In this document: positions 10,152-22,566 of the stretch, piece by piece
Numbering within the stretch: position 1 is the stretch's first letter
How the letters are laid out: the number at the start of each line of letters is the position of its first letter
NCBI RefSeq assembly: GCF_964188315.1
Contig: NC_135656.1
Location: 121,954,001 to 122,018,000, forward strand
Length of the DNA stretch: 64,000 nucleotides
Direction of reading: 5' to 3'
Source: Podarcis muralis
Lineage: Eukaryota
Notes under the pieces: generated by a model
Told to the model about the DNA's origin: nothing
What the model saw: the letters and a program-made list of their open reading frames with translations, nothing else
Databases searched by the model: none
Translations under genes and position numbers: made by a program

Positions 10152-11135
10152 TTAATCTGTTTTCACTGCTCTCAACTTAGCAAGAAACTAACTAGATGAA
10201 GCCCAAAGTCTCCAACAAGACCGAAGCCCCAGAGAAAAGGTGAGGAAAGGGAGGATAGGAAGCTTTCACACTGGCAGAATCCCTGCCTGCCTGGAAGATA
10301 AGTCAAAGCCCTCGATGGCACAAGAGGTCTTTAAATATGCAGCAGGCATTTCAAGCTCTCATTTCTGAAATATCTGTTCTTTGTGTCAAAAGTGGGTACA
10401 TTGCTTGAGTTTTGCCAAGGAATAAATCACTATGATTATGATAATTATGCAGTGAATATACATCTCTGGAATCAATGTGGAGCTTGAGCAGCAGCTGCAG
10501 AGCTGGAAGAAAACATCACAATCTGTTTTCTGATGCTCTAGAGGGTAGGACTTGAATCAATGGCTTCAAGTTAAGGGAAAGGAGACTCTAACTAAACTTC
10601 AGGAAAAAGTTTCTGACAACAAGAGCTGTTTGAATAGTCCCCCTTGGGAGGTTGTGGACTCTCCTTCCTTGGAGGTTTTTACTCAGAGTTGGGATGACCA
10701 TCTGTCATGAATGCCTGGTTGAGATTCCTGCATTGCAGAGGGTTGAACTACATGCCCCCTGGGATCCCTCTTCCAACTTTACACTTCCATAATTCTATGA
10801 TTCTATGTTCACCAGATAAGCCAGGATCAAGCTATTTTTTCAGGACATTTGGGGGCCTGATATGATGAACCTCTGCTGCCGGATGGACTTTTGTTATGCA
10901 TATGGGGGGGGGGGACCTTAAGCCTCCTGTGCCAGTCGAATATTTTATTTCAGAGTATTTGTATCTCTCCCCATCACCTCATATCCTCTCCTGACAAAGT
11001 ATTTTGACATTTGAATATTTCATTTTATACCTGCAAGTGGCTGGATTTTGTTATTGCCTTTCTGTTCACAGATCCCTACAATGGAAAAGAATGTACAAAG
11101 AATAGAATGGAAAACAATGGAAAAGAATGTACAAA

Positions 11136-14100
11136 CCTCATCAGGAGGGCTACCTCATTAGGAGGGCTTTAAAATGACTAATGTGGGGGAGGGAGACAGT
11201 GCTCCTGAAGGTAGGAGTCTATCAATTGATGAAGATGATCATCCAAATGTCATAGACCAAATGGAGCAAACAGCACGCAGACCTAGAGGTGTGAGGAAAA
11301 AATCCTTAAATAAGAGACACGGGAGAATGATTAATGGACTTCAATGTCTGTACGCTAATGCACAAAGCATGGGAAATAAACAAGATGAGCTTGAGCTCTT
11401 GGTACAGCAAACTAAATATGACATAATAGGCATCACTGAAACCTGGTGGGATAAGTCCCAGGATTGGAATGTAATAATGGAGGGATACAATCTATTTCAG
11501 AGAAACAGACCAGACAAGAAAGGAGGAGGAGTGGCGTTATATGCCAGGGATGTGTATACCTGTGAAGAGATCCAAGATTTCAAACCTCAAAGCCAAAGAC
11601 GAATTTGGGTCAAAATTAAGGGAGAGAAGAATAACAGAGACCTCATTGTGGGAGTTTACTATAGATCCCCAAGCCAAACGGAGGACATAGATGATGCCTT
11701 CCTGGAACAGATGGCCAAGCATGCAAAAGGAAGGGAGATAGTAGTAATGGGGGACTTCAATTACCCGGATATTTGTTGGATGTCAAACTCAGCCAAGAGC
11801 ATAAGGTCAAACAGATTCCTCACTGGCCTTGCAGACAACTTCATTGTCCAGGAAGTGGGAGAAGCAACAAGAGGAACAGCCATTTTAGATCTGGTCCTAA
11901 CCAATGTTGGGGACCTGGTTAGTGGGGTAGAAGTGGAAGGATCATTAGGCGCAAGTGATCATGCTCTTCTGAAGTTTACTATACAGCGGAAAGGAGCAGC
12001 CAAGCATACTAGGACTCAATTTCTTGACTTTAAGAAAGCCGACTTCATAAAACTTAGGGAAGTGCTGGGTGAGATCCCATGGTCAGTAATACTAAAAGGA
12101 AAGGGAGTTCATGATGGCTGGGAGTTTGTTAAGAGGGAGATAGTAAAAGCACAACTTCAGGCAATACCAATGAGACGGAAACATGGAAGGTGCCTAAAGA
12201 AGCCAGGGTGGCTATCTAAAGAACTTTTAACTGAGTTAAGATTAAAAAAGGATGTGTACAAAAAAATGGAAAAGGGGGGAAACCACCAAAGAGGAATTCA
12301 AACAAATAGCCAGCACATGTAGACACAAAGTCAGAAAAGCTAAAGCACAGAATGAACTCAGGCTTGCTAGAGAGGTTAAAAGCAACAAAAAAGGCTTTTA
12401 TGGGTATGTCCGTAGCAAAAGGAAGAACAAAGAAACAGTGGGGTCACTCAGAGGAGAAGATGGTGAAATGCAAACAGGGGACACAGAAAGGGCTGAACTC
12501 CTCAATGCATTCTTTGCCTCAGTCTTCTCCGATAAAGAAAACAATGCCCGACCTGAAGAATTTGGAGCAAATGATTCAGCAGAGGAAACACAGCCCAGAA
12601 TAACTAAGGAGATAGTACAAGAATACTTGGCTAGTCTAGATGTATTCAAGTCTCCAGGGCCAGACGAACTGCATCCAAAAGAACTGGCAGATGTGATCTC
12701 AGAACCACTGGCAGTCATCTATGAGAATTCCTGGAGAACAGACGAAGTCCCGGCAGACTGGAGGAGGGCAAATGTTGTCCCTATTTTCAAAAAGGGGAAA
12801 AGAAAGGACCCAAATAATTATCGCCCAGTCAGTCTGACATCAATACCAGGGAAGATTCTGGAGCAGATCATTAAGCAAACAGTCTGTGAGCACCTAGAAA
12901 GGAATGCTGTGATCACCAATAGTCAGCATGGATTTCTGAAAAATAAGTCATGTCAGACTAACCTGATCTCGTTTTTTGACAGAATTACAAGCCTGGTAGA
13001 TGAAGGGAACGCAGTGGATGTAGCCTACCTTGATTTCAGCAAGGCATTTGACAAGGTGCCCCATGATATTCTTGTAAAGAAGCTGGTAAAATGCGGTCTT
13101 GACTATGCTACCCCTCAGTGGATTTGTAACTGGCTGACTGACCGAACCCAAAGGGTGCTCATCAATGGTTCCTCTTCATCCTGGAGAAGAGTGACTAGTG
13201 GGGTGCCACAGGGTTCTGTCTTGGGCCCGGTCTTATTCAACATCTTTATCAACGACTTGGATGATGGACTCAAGGGCATCCTGATCAAATTTGCAGATGA
13301 CACCAAACTGGGAGGGGTGGCTAACACCCCAGAGGACAGGATCACACTTCAAAATGACCTTGACAGATTAGAGAACTGGGCCAAAACAAACAAGATGAAC
13401 TTTAACAGGGAGAAATGTAAAGTATTGCACTTGGGCAAAAAAAATGAGAGGCACAAATACAAGATGGGTGACACCTGGCTTGAGAGCAGTACATGTGAAA
13501 AGGATCTAGGAGTCTTGGTTGACCACAAACTTGACATGAGCCAACAGTGTGACACGGCAGCTAAAAAAGCCAATGCAATTCTGGGCTGCATCAATAGGAG
13601 TATAGCATCTAGATCAAGGGAAGTAATAGTGCCACTGTATTCTGCTCTGGTCAGACCTCACCTGGAGTACTGTGTCCAGTTCTGGGCACCACAGTTCAAG
13701 AAGGACACTGACAAACTGGAACGTGTCCAGAGGAGGGCAACCAAAATGGTCAAAGGCCTGGAAACGATGCCTTATGAGGAACGGCTAAGGGAGCTGGGCA
13801 TGTTTTGCCTGGAGAAGAGGAGGTTAAGGGGTGATATGATAGCCATGTTCAAATATATAAAAGGATGTCATATAGAGGAGGGAGAAAGGTTGTTTTCTGC
13901 TGCTCCAGAGAAGCGGACACGGAGCAATGGATCCAAACTACAAGAAAGAAGATTCCACCTAAACATTAGGAAGAACTTCCTGACAGTAAGAGCTGTTCGA
14001 CAGTGGAATTTGCTACCAAGGAGTGTGGTGGAGTCTCCTTCTTTGGAGGTCATTAAGCAGAGGCTTGACAACCATGTCAGGAGTGCTCTGATGGTGTTTC

Positions 14101-14163
14101 CTGCTTGGCAGAGGGTTGGACTCGATGGCCCTTGTGGTCTATTCCAACTCTATGATTCTATGA
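11136..14163 (+). mobile_element. Young 5'-truncated CR1 LINE: last codons of ORF1 plus near-complete but frameshifted ORF2 (APE endonuclease + reverse transcriptase)
   Basis: ORF 11174..12322 has APE motifs CLYANAQSMGNK, ITETWW, VGVYYRSP, MGDFNYP and GASDH. ORF 12252..14237 has RT motifs YLDFSKAFD, GVPQGSVLGP and KFADDTK. +1 frameshift at the A7 run ~12259-12266; apparent short deletion at PDELHP^KELAD; (ATTCTATG) tail. Confidence 0.93.
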
Positions 14164-14164
14164 A

Positions 14165-14862
14165 TCAGATGGCATCTTTACTTTTTGTCGTCAGATGCTC
14201 CTTTGTATTCAGTTCAGGCCTGAGTAAAATATTGTAGCACTTGGGCATGGAGATGCAGCCCAGAAGCCCAGCACTGGAGGCCAACATAGAGAAGATCTGC
14301 ACGGCTACCATGTATTTCCCCTTGGTGCTCAGGTAGGTGGGAACAAAGGACACCCAAACACTGCAGAAGATCAGCATGCTTAAAGTGATCAGTTGGCTTC
14401 ATTGAAGGCTCCAGGCAGTTTCCTGGCTAGGAAAGCCACCATGAAGCAGATGGCAGCCAGGAAGCCCATGTAGCCGAGGGCACCATAAAACATGGCAGAA
14501 GAGCCTACATTACATTGCAGGATAATCTCTGTAGGCTGAGAGTGCATGTCAGTGTCAAACAAAACAAACCACAACATGTCTGTCATCACTACACATGATT
14601 GTTTACAGAATCCCCAACCTTGGGTAAAGAGGTTTTTTTTGGGGGGGAGGGGGGATAAAATAAAGAAATAACATTGTGTTGGACAGAATTTCAATGGTTG
14701 CCCTATTCCTTCAAGGCTGTATTTCCCTCACATACCTCCCACAGTGGAGACTGTCCCTTTTACACACGGAGCACAATCATAGCAGAAAATTAGCTCTCCT
14801 TCCTGGATGACCTTGACATACCCAACATGACAGCTCTCAGCACATCTGGATTGAGGGATAGT
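14165..14862 (-). pseudogene. V2R pseudogene psi1: exon 5 (14736..14862) and 3' half of exon 6 (14165..~14556)
   Basis: Exon 6 is joined directly to intron-5 sequence at ~14557. A 1-nt deletion gives FNEAN-stop, and CC->FC occurs in the cysteine-rich domain. Exons 1-4 are absent (sequence jumps to upstream-type CR1 at ~15090). Confidence 0.85.
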
Positions 14863-16369
14863 CTGCCCATAAAGAAATATGGTCAGGTGTTACTGGTATG
14901 TTCATCTAGGCAATAATACTGGAGCCAGTAGGAATCTTTCTCCCATAGCAAGCAGTAAGTCTGGTGGAGTGGTTTTTGGTGGATTGGACAGTTCTCCAAA
15001 TGCAGGGAAGTAGAAAGTGGATTTCCATGCCAATACAAGTAGATAAATAGGTGGGGAGGTAAACAGCATTTCCAATGAGAGATAAGCACCACACCCCAAA
15101 ATCAGGTAAAACTTTCTGAAAGTAAGAGCTGCTTGAGAGTGGAATGGTCCCCCTTGGGAGGTTGTGGACTTGCCTTCCTTGGAGGGTTTTAAGCAGAGTT
15201 TGGATGGCCATCCATCTTGGGTGCGTTAGCTGAGATTCTGCATTGCGGGGAGTTGACTAGATGACCCTTGGCGTCCCTTCCAACTCTATGATTCACAAGA
15301 TCTCACAGATGTGGCAACATGTTGTGAAAAAGGTCATAGAGGGGAAAGGTGATCCTAGAATGACTTTTATATATCACGAGATAAGCCAGGATCAAACTAT
15401 TTTTTCAGGACATTTTTGGGCCTATGTGCCCATTTGAAAACCCAAGAGGCAGTCCCATCGCTCACACCCCACAACCTATTCTACTAGCTACAACATAATG
15501 CTTCTTTCACAAATAATGTCTAGGATGGGAGAAGGGATCCCTGTTGGCATCAGGGATGTGGTTTGGGGGCACATGGGCCTATGAACTGCTTTGATGGGAT
15601 GATAATGGACTCTTATGGTTTTCTGGTAGCTAACATGTGAGTGTTTAACCTTAGATTAAGTGACAAAGGTACTGAAATGCAAATCGGCATTTTGAAAGAG
15701 AGTTGCCTTTAGTCTTTTTTCCCAAGCTGTGAGAGTATGGATGTAAATGAAGTTCTCCAGGTGAACAGCCTCAGGCTAAATGGAGGCTGTCAGGAAAGGA
15801 TATATTTTCTTATAGGTCTGTTTGGAATTTTATTTTCTTTCTAAGAAAATGGACTTGCACAATATACCGTATTGCATGGAATTATTTGGATGTATCTTTG
15901 ATGTTTTTGTTCTGTTTTGAAGAAAGTTCTGAAAGTAATGTTTTGAACAATGGGTACAGACAATGCCTTATTTCAAAAGGAGTTGGCTTTTTATGCAACC
16001 AGACTTTATGCAGCTACCGTCCACCCACCTGCCTATGCCCATGATGGGGGGATTAGTTCAGCGGAGTGGTAGCTTTGCTGTCTAGCAGAATATCAGAGTT
16101 TTCCTGCTTTCTATTGGTCAGCCTTTTCCAGAGTTTTTTACTTAATGAAACTCATTTGCCACTCGTTTCAGTTCAAAGTATAGAGTGTTTATTGTCTCGT
16201 GGAAAGCATAAACAGACTAGATGCAAATACTTTAAGAGAAGCTGGTACATCATGAACTCATCTACTACAATACAGTTCTTCTGGTCGTAGAAGTAAACTT
16301 TGTAAAGATAAAAGTATACAGAGAGTGGCAGGGGCAACCCAGTGAGATGGGTGGGATATAAATAATAAA

Positions 16370-16424
<55 letters not shown>
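16370..16424. repeat. (TTA)n microsatellite, tail of a short L2 3' end
   Basis: Preceded by agatgggtgggatataaataataaa; a shorter allele is present in the homologous spacer at ~29355-29375. Confidence 0.8.
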
Positions 16425-16425
<1 letters not shown>

Positions 16426-17309
16426 CCACTAGCACTTTCCCATGCTAGTTCACTGGGTCTTAAGCACTAATGTGAGCAGTGAATTCTGCGCTTCCAGTGA
16501 CAAGGTTGTTGGACCCCAAAGCTGCGGACCTCATCCACCCAGAGGAGTGCAGCCCCTTTTAGCTCAGGCCATCTTCCCACACGAGAACATGGAATACAGA
16601 ACATCTCTAAGTTTTCAGAGTTCGTCTTCAGTTTCCTAATACCTTTAGAAGCAGGTTATTTTGCGGATCTACAAAAACAAAAAAGGGTTAGAAGCAATAC
16701 ATTGGGAGTTTAAGGTTTAAAATGCTGAATTGCAAAACCTCCTGTGGAACTTCCCTATATATCAGGGAAGGGAATTGCTATGTTTTGCTCAGAGGCAGAA
16801 ACAGGGAGATGAATATTTACAACAAGTGGTCACAAAAACAAAGTGAATTAAGTTGAAATATATACACCTTTCCACTGGATATTCCAGTGGTGCAACCTTG
16901 AGCATACTTACACAGAGCCAAATCCACTAACTTCTGCACAAAAGGAAGAAAATGTCAGACCCTGTGTGCAGCATATATGTTACATATACAAATTTAGTTG
17001 TGGGGAAAAGATCATGCAACAGTGGTCAGGGTGACATAGATATAAAGATCACCCGGGCATATTAAGATGTTTTTTTAAAAAATCAAGTTCTGAAAAGGGG
17101 TTCCTATTTAGTGAGACATTAAATCAAAAGGGCCTCTGACAGTCCTGGGATGACTGTGCATTCACTTTGGAAATGATGTGTTAGGTTTTGGATAGATTAA
17201 AAAATAGTTACAAGAGCAGCTCATAATAAACACCTGAAAGGGAAATAGCTTCTTCTCATAAGTATTGTGCTGCACGCAGATTCCCTTGGTGGGAAAAGTG
17301 CATTAAGAA

Positions 17310-20300
17310 TCAAATTCCATCTGTTGTTTTTGTTGTCAGGTGCTCCTTTGTGTTCAGATCAGGCCTCAGCACAATAATGTAGCACTTGGGGAGGAAGATG
17401 CAGCCCAGAAGCCCAGCACTGGAGGCCAGCATAGAGAAGATCTGCACGGCCACCATGTATTTCCCCTTGGTGCTCAGGTAGGTGGGCACAAAGGACACCC
17501 AAACACTGCAGAAGACCAGCATGCTGAAGGTGATCAGCTTGGCTTCATTGAAGGCTCCAGGCAGTTTCCTGGCTAGGAAAGCCACCGTGAAGCAGATGGC
17601 AGCCAGGAAGCCCATGTAGCCAAGGGCACCATAAAACATGGCAGAAGACCCTACATTACAATGCAGGATAATCTCTGCAGGTTGGGAGTGCATGTCTGAG
17701 TCTGGGAATGGAGGAGAGGTACTCAGCCAGGTGGTGCAGATGAGAACTTGGACACTGGAACAGGAAAGGACAACAGCATTGGCCAGAGTCTTCCCCAGCC
17801 ATTTCTTCACCCTGTTCCCTGGCTTTGTGGCCAGGAAAGCCAGCACAACAGTAATGGTTTTGGCCAACAAAGAAGAGACAGCAACTGAGAAGATGAGGAC
17901 AAATGCCATTTGTTGGAGTAGACAGGTGGCTTTTCTTGGCTGGCCAATGAAGAGCAAGGAGGACAAAAAGGAGAGCAAGATGGATACAAGGAGGATGTAG
18001 GAAAGGTCCCTGTTGTTGGCTTTGACTATGGGAGTTTCTGAGTATTTAATGAAAATTCCTAACACCAAGCATGTGATTAAGGCGCATAACAAGGTAAAGG
18101 AAGACAAGAGAATCCCCAAATAGTCTTCATAGGACAGGAATGTGATAATCTTGGGAACACATTGATCTCGGTCCTTGTTTGAGTGCTGATCTTCTGGACA
18201 TTTGGTGCAGTGGTCTGCATCTGAAAGGAAGATGAGTGACTTCAGTACCCAGGGTCTCAGCCAAGGGACATTCCCAGCCCCAGCGGGAGATACTATGACT
18301 TGAATTGGCAATCTGTTGCATGCAAAGCAGATATCCCAACCTTGGGTAAAGGTTTTATTGGGGCTGGGGAGAAATAAAATGATACTGTTTTGGACAAGAT
18401 TACAAAAGTTGCCCTATTCCTTCTCTCACTTGCCTTCCACAGTGGAGATGGTCCCTTTTACACAGGGAGCACAATGAAAGCAGCAAAGTAGCTCTCCTTC
18501 CCGGATGACCTTGACATCCCCAATATGACAGCTCTCAGCACATCTGGATTGAGGGACAGTCTGCCCATAAAGAAAGATGGTCAGGAGTTACTGGTATTGT
18601 GGGATGTAAAAGTGCAGTCAAGTGCAACATTCCGACAGAGGACTAACGGCCTCCAGGTTCTCACCGGTTGCTGTGACAACCAGTTTGTCGGTTGCTGGTA
18701 GTTTTGCAAATAATTTTTATTAAGTTTCCATTTACCAAACCAATCATATCCTATCATATTAATTATTCCAAATTATATCAATACATATCACAAAGTCCAG
18801 ATATTAAACCAAATTTAAAATTTTTGTGAGGGGTACCCATGCTTTGAGTTCGGTAGGAGTCCAATCATCTTTGTATTTCTGCTACTTTGGTGTTCACATT
18901 CCTATCTTCTCATCTCCTTGTCATTATCCTTTTTCTTCTTAATAACCTCCGAGTTGTCTCCACAAGTGAGTTGAAAGAAACAGCCTTTACTGTTTCAGAT
19001 TTACGATCCAAATCTAAGAGCAGAACAGTGGCTCACCCCCTCTAAAACTGAAAGTCTTGCAACTGGGTCTGCCTCTTAATGGTGGATCGCTTTTATAACT
19101 ATGTAACAAGAAAGCCTCCCTTCTTTCCAGATCTTTCACAGAGTAACACCTTTTATTAACATTTTTTTGTTTCCACACAGTTTGTTTTTCAATCTCACTT
19201 GCTATCAGACATTGTGACAGTTCTTCAAGGGGGGGGGGGTTGTTAGGTAAATCATATTGAAAAAGAAGAAAGTTCCGCTCCGTTCAACATACTGTCATGG
19301 CTGTGCTTCCTTGATGTAATCCTTTGTTCATTCCGTCCCATCGCTCAATCTTCTCAGTGGTAGATTTACCGTATTTTTTGCACCATAGGACGCACTTTTT
19401 CCCTCCCAAAAAGCAAGGGAAAATGTGTGTGCGTCCTATGGAGCGAATGCAGGCTTTCGCTGAAGCCTGGAGAGTGAGAGGGGTCGGTGCGCACCGACCC
19501 CTCTCGCTCTCCAGGCTTCAGGAAGCTATCCGCTAGCCGTGGGAGACCCAGCTCTCCCACGGCTAGCGGACCGCTGCGCTAATCCAGAAGCTTGGGGCGT
19601 GCGGAGCACAGCGCGCCCCAAGCTTCTGGGTGCCGGCAAGGTCTCGCTAGCCCTGGGAGAGCCCCGCGACGTTGCGTGGCTCTCCCAGGGCTAGCGAAGC
19701 GCCGCGCTAATCCCGAAGCTTGGGGCGCGTGGAGCTCAGCGCGCCCCAAGCTTCTGGGTGCCGGCAAGGTCTCGCTAGCCCTGGGAGAGCCCCGCGACGT
19801 TGCGTGGCTCTCCCAGGGCTAGCGAAGCGCCGCGCTAATCCCGAAGCTTGGGGCGCGTGGAGCTCAGCGCGCCCCAAGCTTCTGGGTGCCGGCAAGGTCT
19901 CGCTAGCCCTGGGAGAGCCCCGCGACGTTGCGTGGCTCTCCCAGGGCTAGCAAAGCGCCGCGCTAATCCCGAAGCTTGGGGCGCGTGGAGCTCAGCGCGC
20001 CCCAAGCTTCTGGGTGCCGGCAAGGTCTCGCTAGCCCTGGGAGAGCCCCGCGACGTTGCGTGGCTCTCCCAGGGCTAGCGAAGCGCCGCGCTAATCCCGA
20101 AGCTTGGGGCGCGTGGAGCTCAGCGCGCCCCAAGCTTCTGGGTGCCGGCAAGGTCTCGCTAGCCCTGGGAGAGCCCCGCGACGTTGTGTGGCTCTCCCAG
20201 GGCTAGCGAAGCGCCGCGCTAATCCCGAAGCTTGGGGCGCGTGGAGCTCAGCGCGCCCCAAGCTTCTGGGTGCCGGCAAGGTCTCGCTAGCCCTGGGAGA

Positions 20301-22530
20301 GCCCCGCGATGTTGCGTGGCTCTCCCAGGGCTAGCGAAGCGCCGCGCTAATCCCGAAGCTTGGGGCTTCGGGATTAGCGCTCCGCTCAGCCTGCTTCCCG
20401 GAGCGCCAGGCGCCCTGAAAGCAGAGCTCCAGGCGCTTCGGGAACACATCCGCAGCATGGGGAGCCTTGCAGGAATTCCCCACAGGGCTCCCCACGCTGC
20501 GGATAGCAGCCTGCTGCCTGGCGGGTGGGGTGCCCTGAAGCAGAGCGCCCCTCGCGCCAGGCATACATCCGCAGAGTGGGGAGCCTTGCAGGAGTTCCCG
20601 ACAAGGCTCCCCACGCTGCGGATAGCAGCCTGCTGCCTGGCGGGTGGGGCGCCCTGAAGCAGAGCGCCCCTCGCACCAGGCAGACATCCGCAGAGTGGGG
20701 AGGCTTGCAGGAGTTCCCCACAGGGCTCCCCACGCTGCGGATAGCAGCCTGCTGCCTGGCGGGTGGGGCGCCCTGAAGCAGAGCGCCCCTCGCGCCAGGC
20801 AGACATCCGCAGAGTGGGGAACCTTGCAGGAGTTCCCGACAAGGCTCCCCACGCTGCGGATAGCAGCCTGCTGCCTGGCGGGTGGGGCGCCCTGAAGCAG
20901 AGCGCCCCTCGCGCCAGGCAGACATCCGCAGAGTGGGGAGGCTTGCAGGAGTTCCCGACAAGGCTCCCCACGCTGCGGATAGCAGCCTGCTGCCTGGCGG
21001 GTGGGGCGCCCTGAAGCAGAGCACCCCTCGCGCCAGGCATACATCCGCAGAGTGGGGAGCCTTGCAGGAGTTCCTGACAAGGCTCCCCACGCTGCGGATA
21101 GCAGCCTGCTGCCTGGCGGGTGGGGCGCCCTGAAGCAGAGCGCCCCTCGCGCCAGGCAGACATCCGCAGAGTGGGGAGGCTTGCAGGAGTTCCCGACAAG
21201 GCTCCCCACGCTGCGGATAGCAGCCTGCTGCCTGGCGCGTGGGGCGCCCTGAAGCAGAGCGCCCCTCGCGCCAGGCATACATCCGCAGAGTGGGGAACCT
21301 TGCAGGAGTTCCCCACAGGGCTCCCCACGCTGCGGATAGCAGCCTGCTGCCTGGCGGGTGGGGCGCCCTGAAGCAGAGCTACCCGCCCGCCAGACAGACA
21401 TCGGCCAGCCCCACAAGCTTGGGGGACAGCAGGGAGGCGCAGCGCCACTATCCCGCTGTTCCTCGACCTGGTTCGGTTTCCCTGACCTGCTTTTGGGGGG
21501 GAAATAAAGGGGAAAATTTTTTCCTTTATTTCCCCCCCAAAAAACTAGGTGCGTCCTATGGTCCGGTGCGTCCAATCGTGCGAAAAATACGGTATTTAGC
21601 AGATAATACACTCCTGACCTTGCTCGAAGCATGTGCATTTACTTCAACAATTTTTTTCTCTCTTAAACAACGCAACTAGTTTCGCTCCTGAAAGTAGCGT
21701 CCGGGAGTTCCAGAGCTCGAACAAGGGCTTTCCACGCAGTGTCCCCACCCCCTCCATCTTTCGAACTCGAGGGTGATTTATGGACAACCGCGGGCGAGTA
21801 CAGCATCTTCCCACCCCCTGGGAAGATGAGGGAGACTGATATACTCCCCATAATCAGCCTCTAATTACCTCGTGCGAGCCGGATAGATGGTATTGTCGGC
21901 CATCTTCCAAGGCGCCCCTAGCGCCCCCCCGGTTGCTGGTAGTTTTCAAAGATAACTGCTGAGTTGCAGTCACCTTAGGACCAACTTCCCTCTGGTATAG
22001 TTCATTTGCCTGTTATGTAACCTAAACCTGCCTTCAGGTACGCTTCTGTACACCTGAATGAATCTGAGAGTAAAATAGTTTTATATTACAAGAATCAGAT
22101 TTGTGTGTGTATTCCTATAGAGGGATTCTAAGGGATTTTTAACTCTCCTAAAGTAAACCTTCCCACAGGTATGTCTATCTATGCAATAATACTGGAGCCA
22201 ATACTCCCAGCTCCTGCCACCTAGCAGTTTGAAAGCATACTAGTTCATGTAGATAAATAGATACTGTTGCTGTGGGAAGGTAAATGGCATTTCCGTACGC
22301 TCTGGTGTCCTGTTGTGCCAGAAGCGGTTTAGTCATTCTGGCCAAATGAGCCAGAAAATCTGTCTACAGACAAATGCCAGCTCCCTTGGCCTGAAAGTGA
22401 GTGCCACATCCCATAGTTGGATTTGACTGGATTGCACTGGATTGAACTTTACATTTACTAAATTGTTCAGGGAATTTTAAACAAAGATAGATTGTGAAGA
22501 CCTCCAAAATAACCTCTCCAAACTTGAGTG

Positions 22531-22566
<36 letters not shown>

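Larger units (their letters stand above)
19369..21592. mobile_element. Non-autonomous Tc1/mariner-superfamily DNA transposon (Tc2/Kanga-like TIR CCGTATTTTT), 2224 bp
   Basis: TA duplication at 19367-68 and 21593-94. Imperfect 27-bp TIRs ccgtattttttgcaccataggacgcac / gtgcgtccaatcgtgcgaaaaatacgg. Empty site in D (~33120) and F (~56753). No transposase ORF. Confidence 0.88.
18706..21929 (-). mobile_element. Internally deleted L1-like element retaining both ends (interrupted by the MITE)
   Basis: 17-bp direct repeat cggttgctggtagtttt at 18689..18705 and 21930..21946; single-copy site in B (~3312-3330). On the minus strand it starts with a G-run + AAGATGGCC (YY1-type motif typical of L1 5' ends) and ends with AATAAA. 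Confidence 0.6.

Noticed and set aside
11174-14237. Active autonomous CR1 or domesticated RT gene
   Set aside because: ORF1 is almost entirely missing, ORF2 is frameshifted and has apparent small deletions, and the ORF tail runs into flanking DNA.
19579-21398. CRISPR-like array
   Set aside because: Units are contiguous 128/119-bp repeats with no unique spacers and no cas genes, and the context is vertebrate.
20219-21638. Long ORFs (409, 435 and 298 aa) as novel protein genes
   Set aside because: They are read-throughs of stop-poor GC-rich tandem repeats inside a MITE; translations are periodic and open in several frames on both strands.
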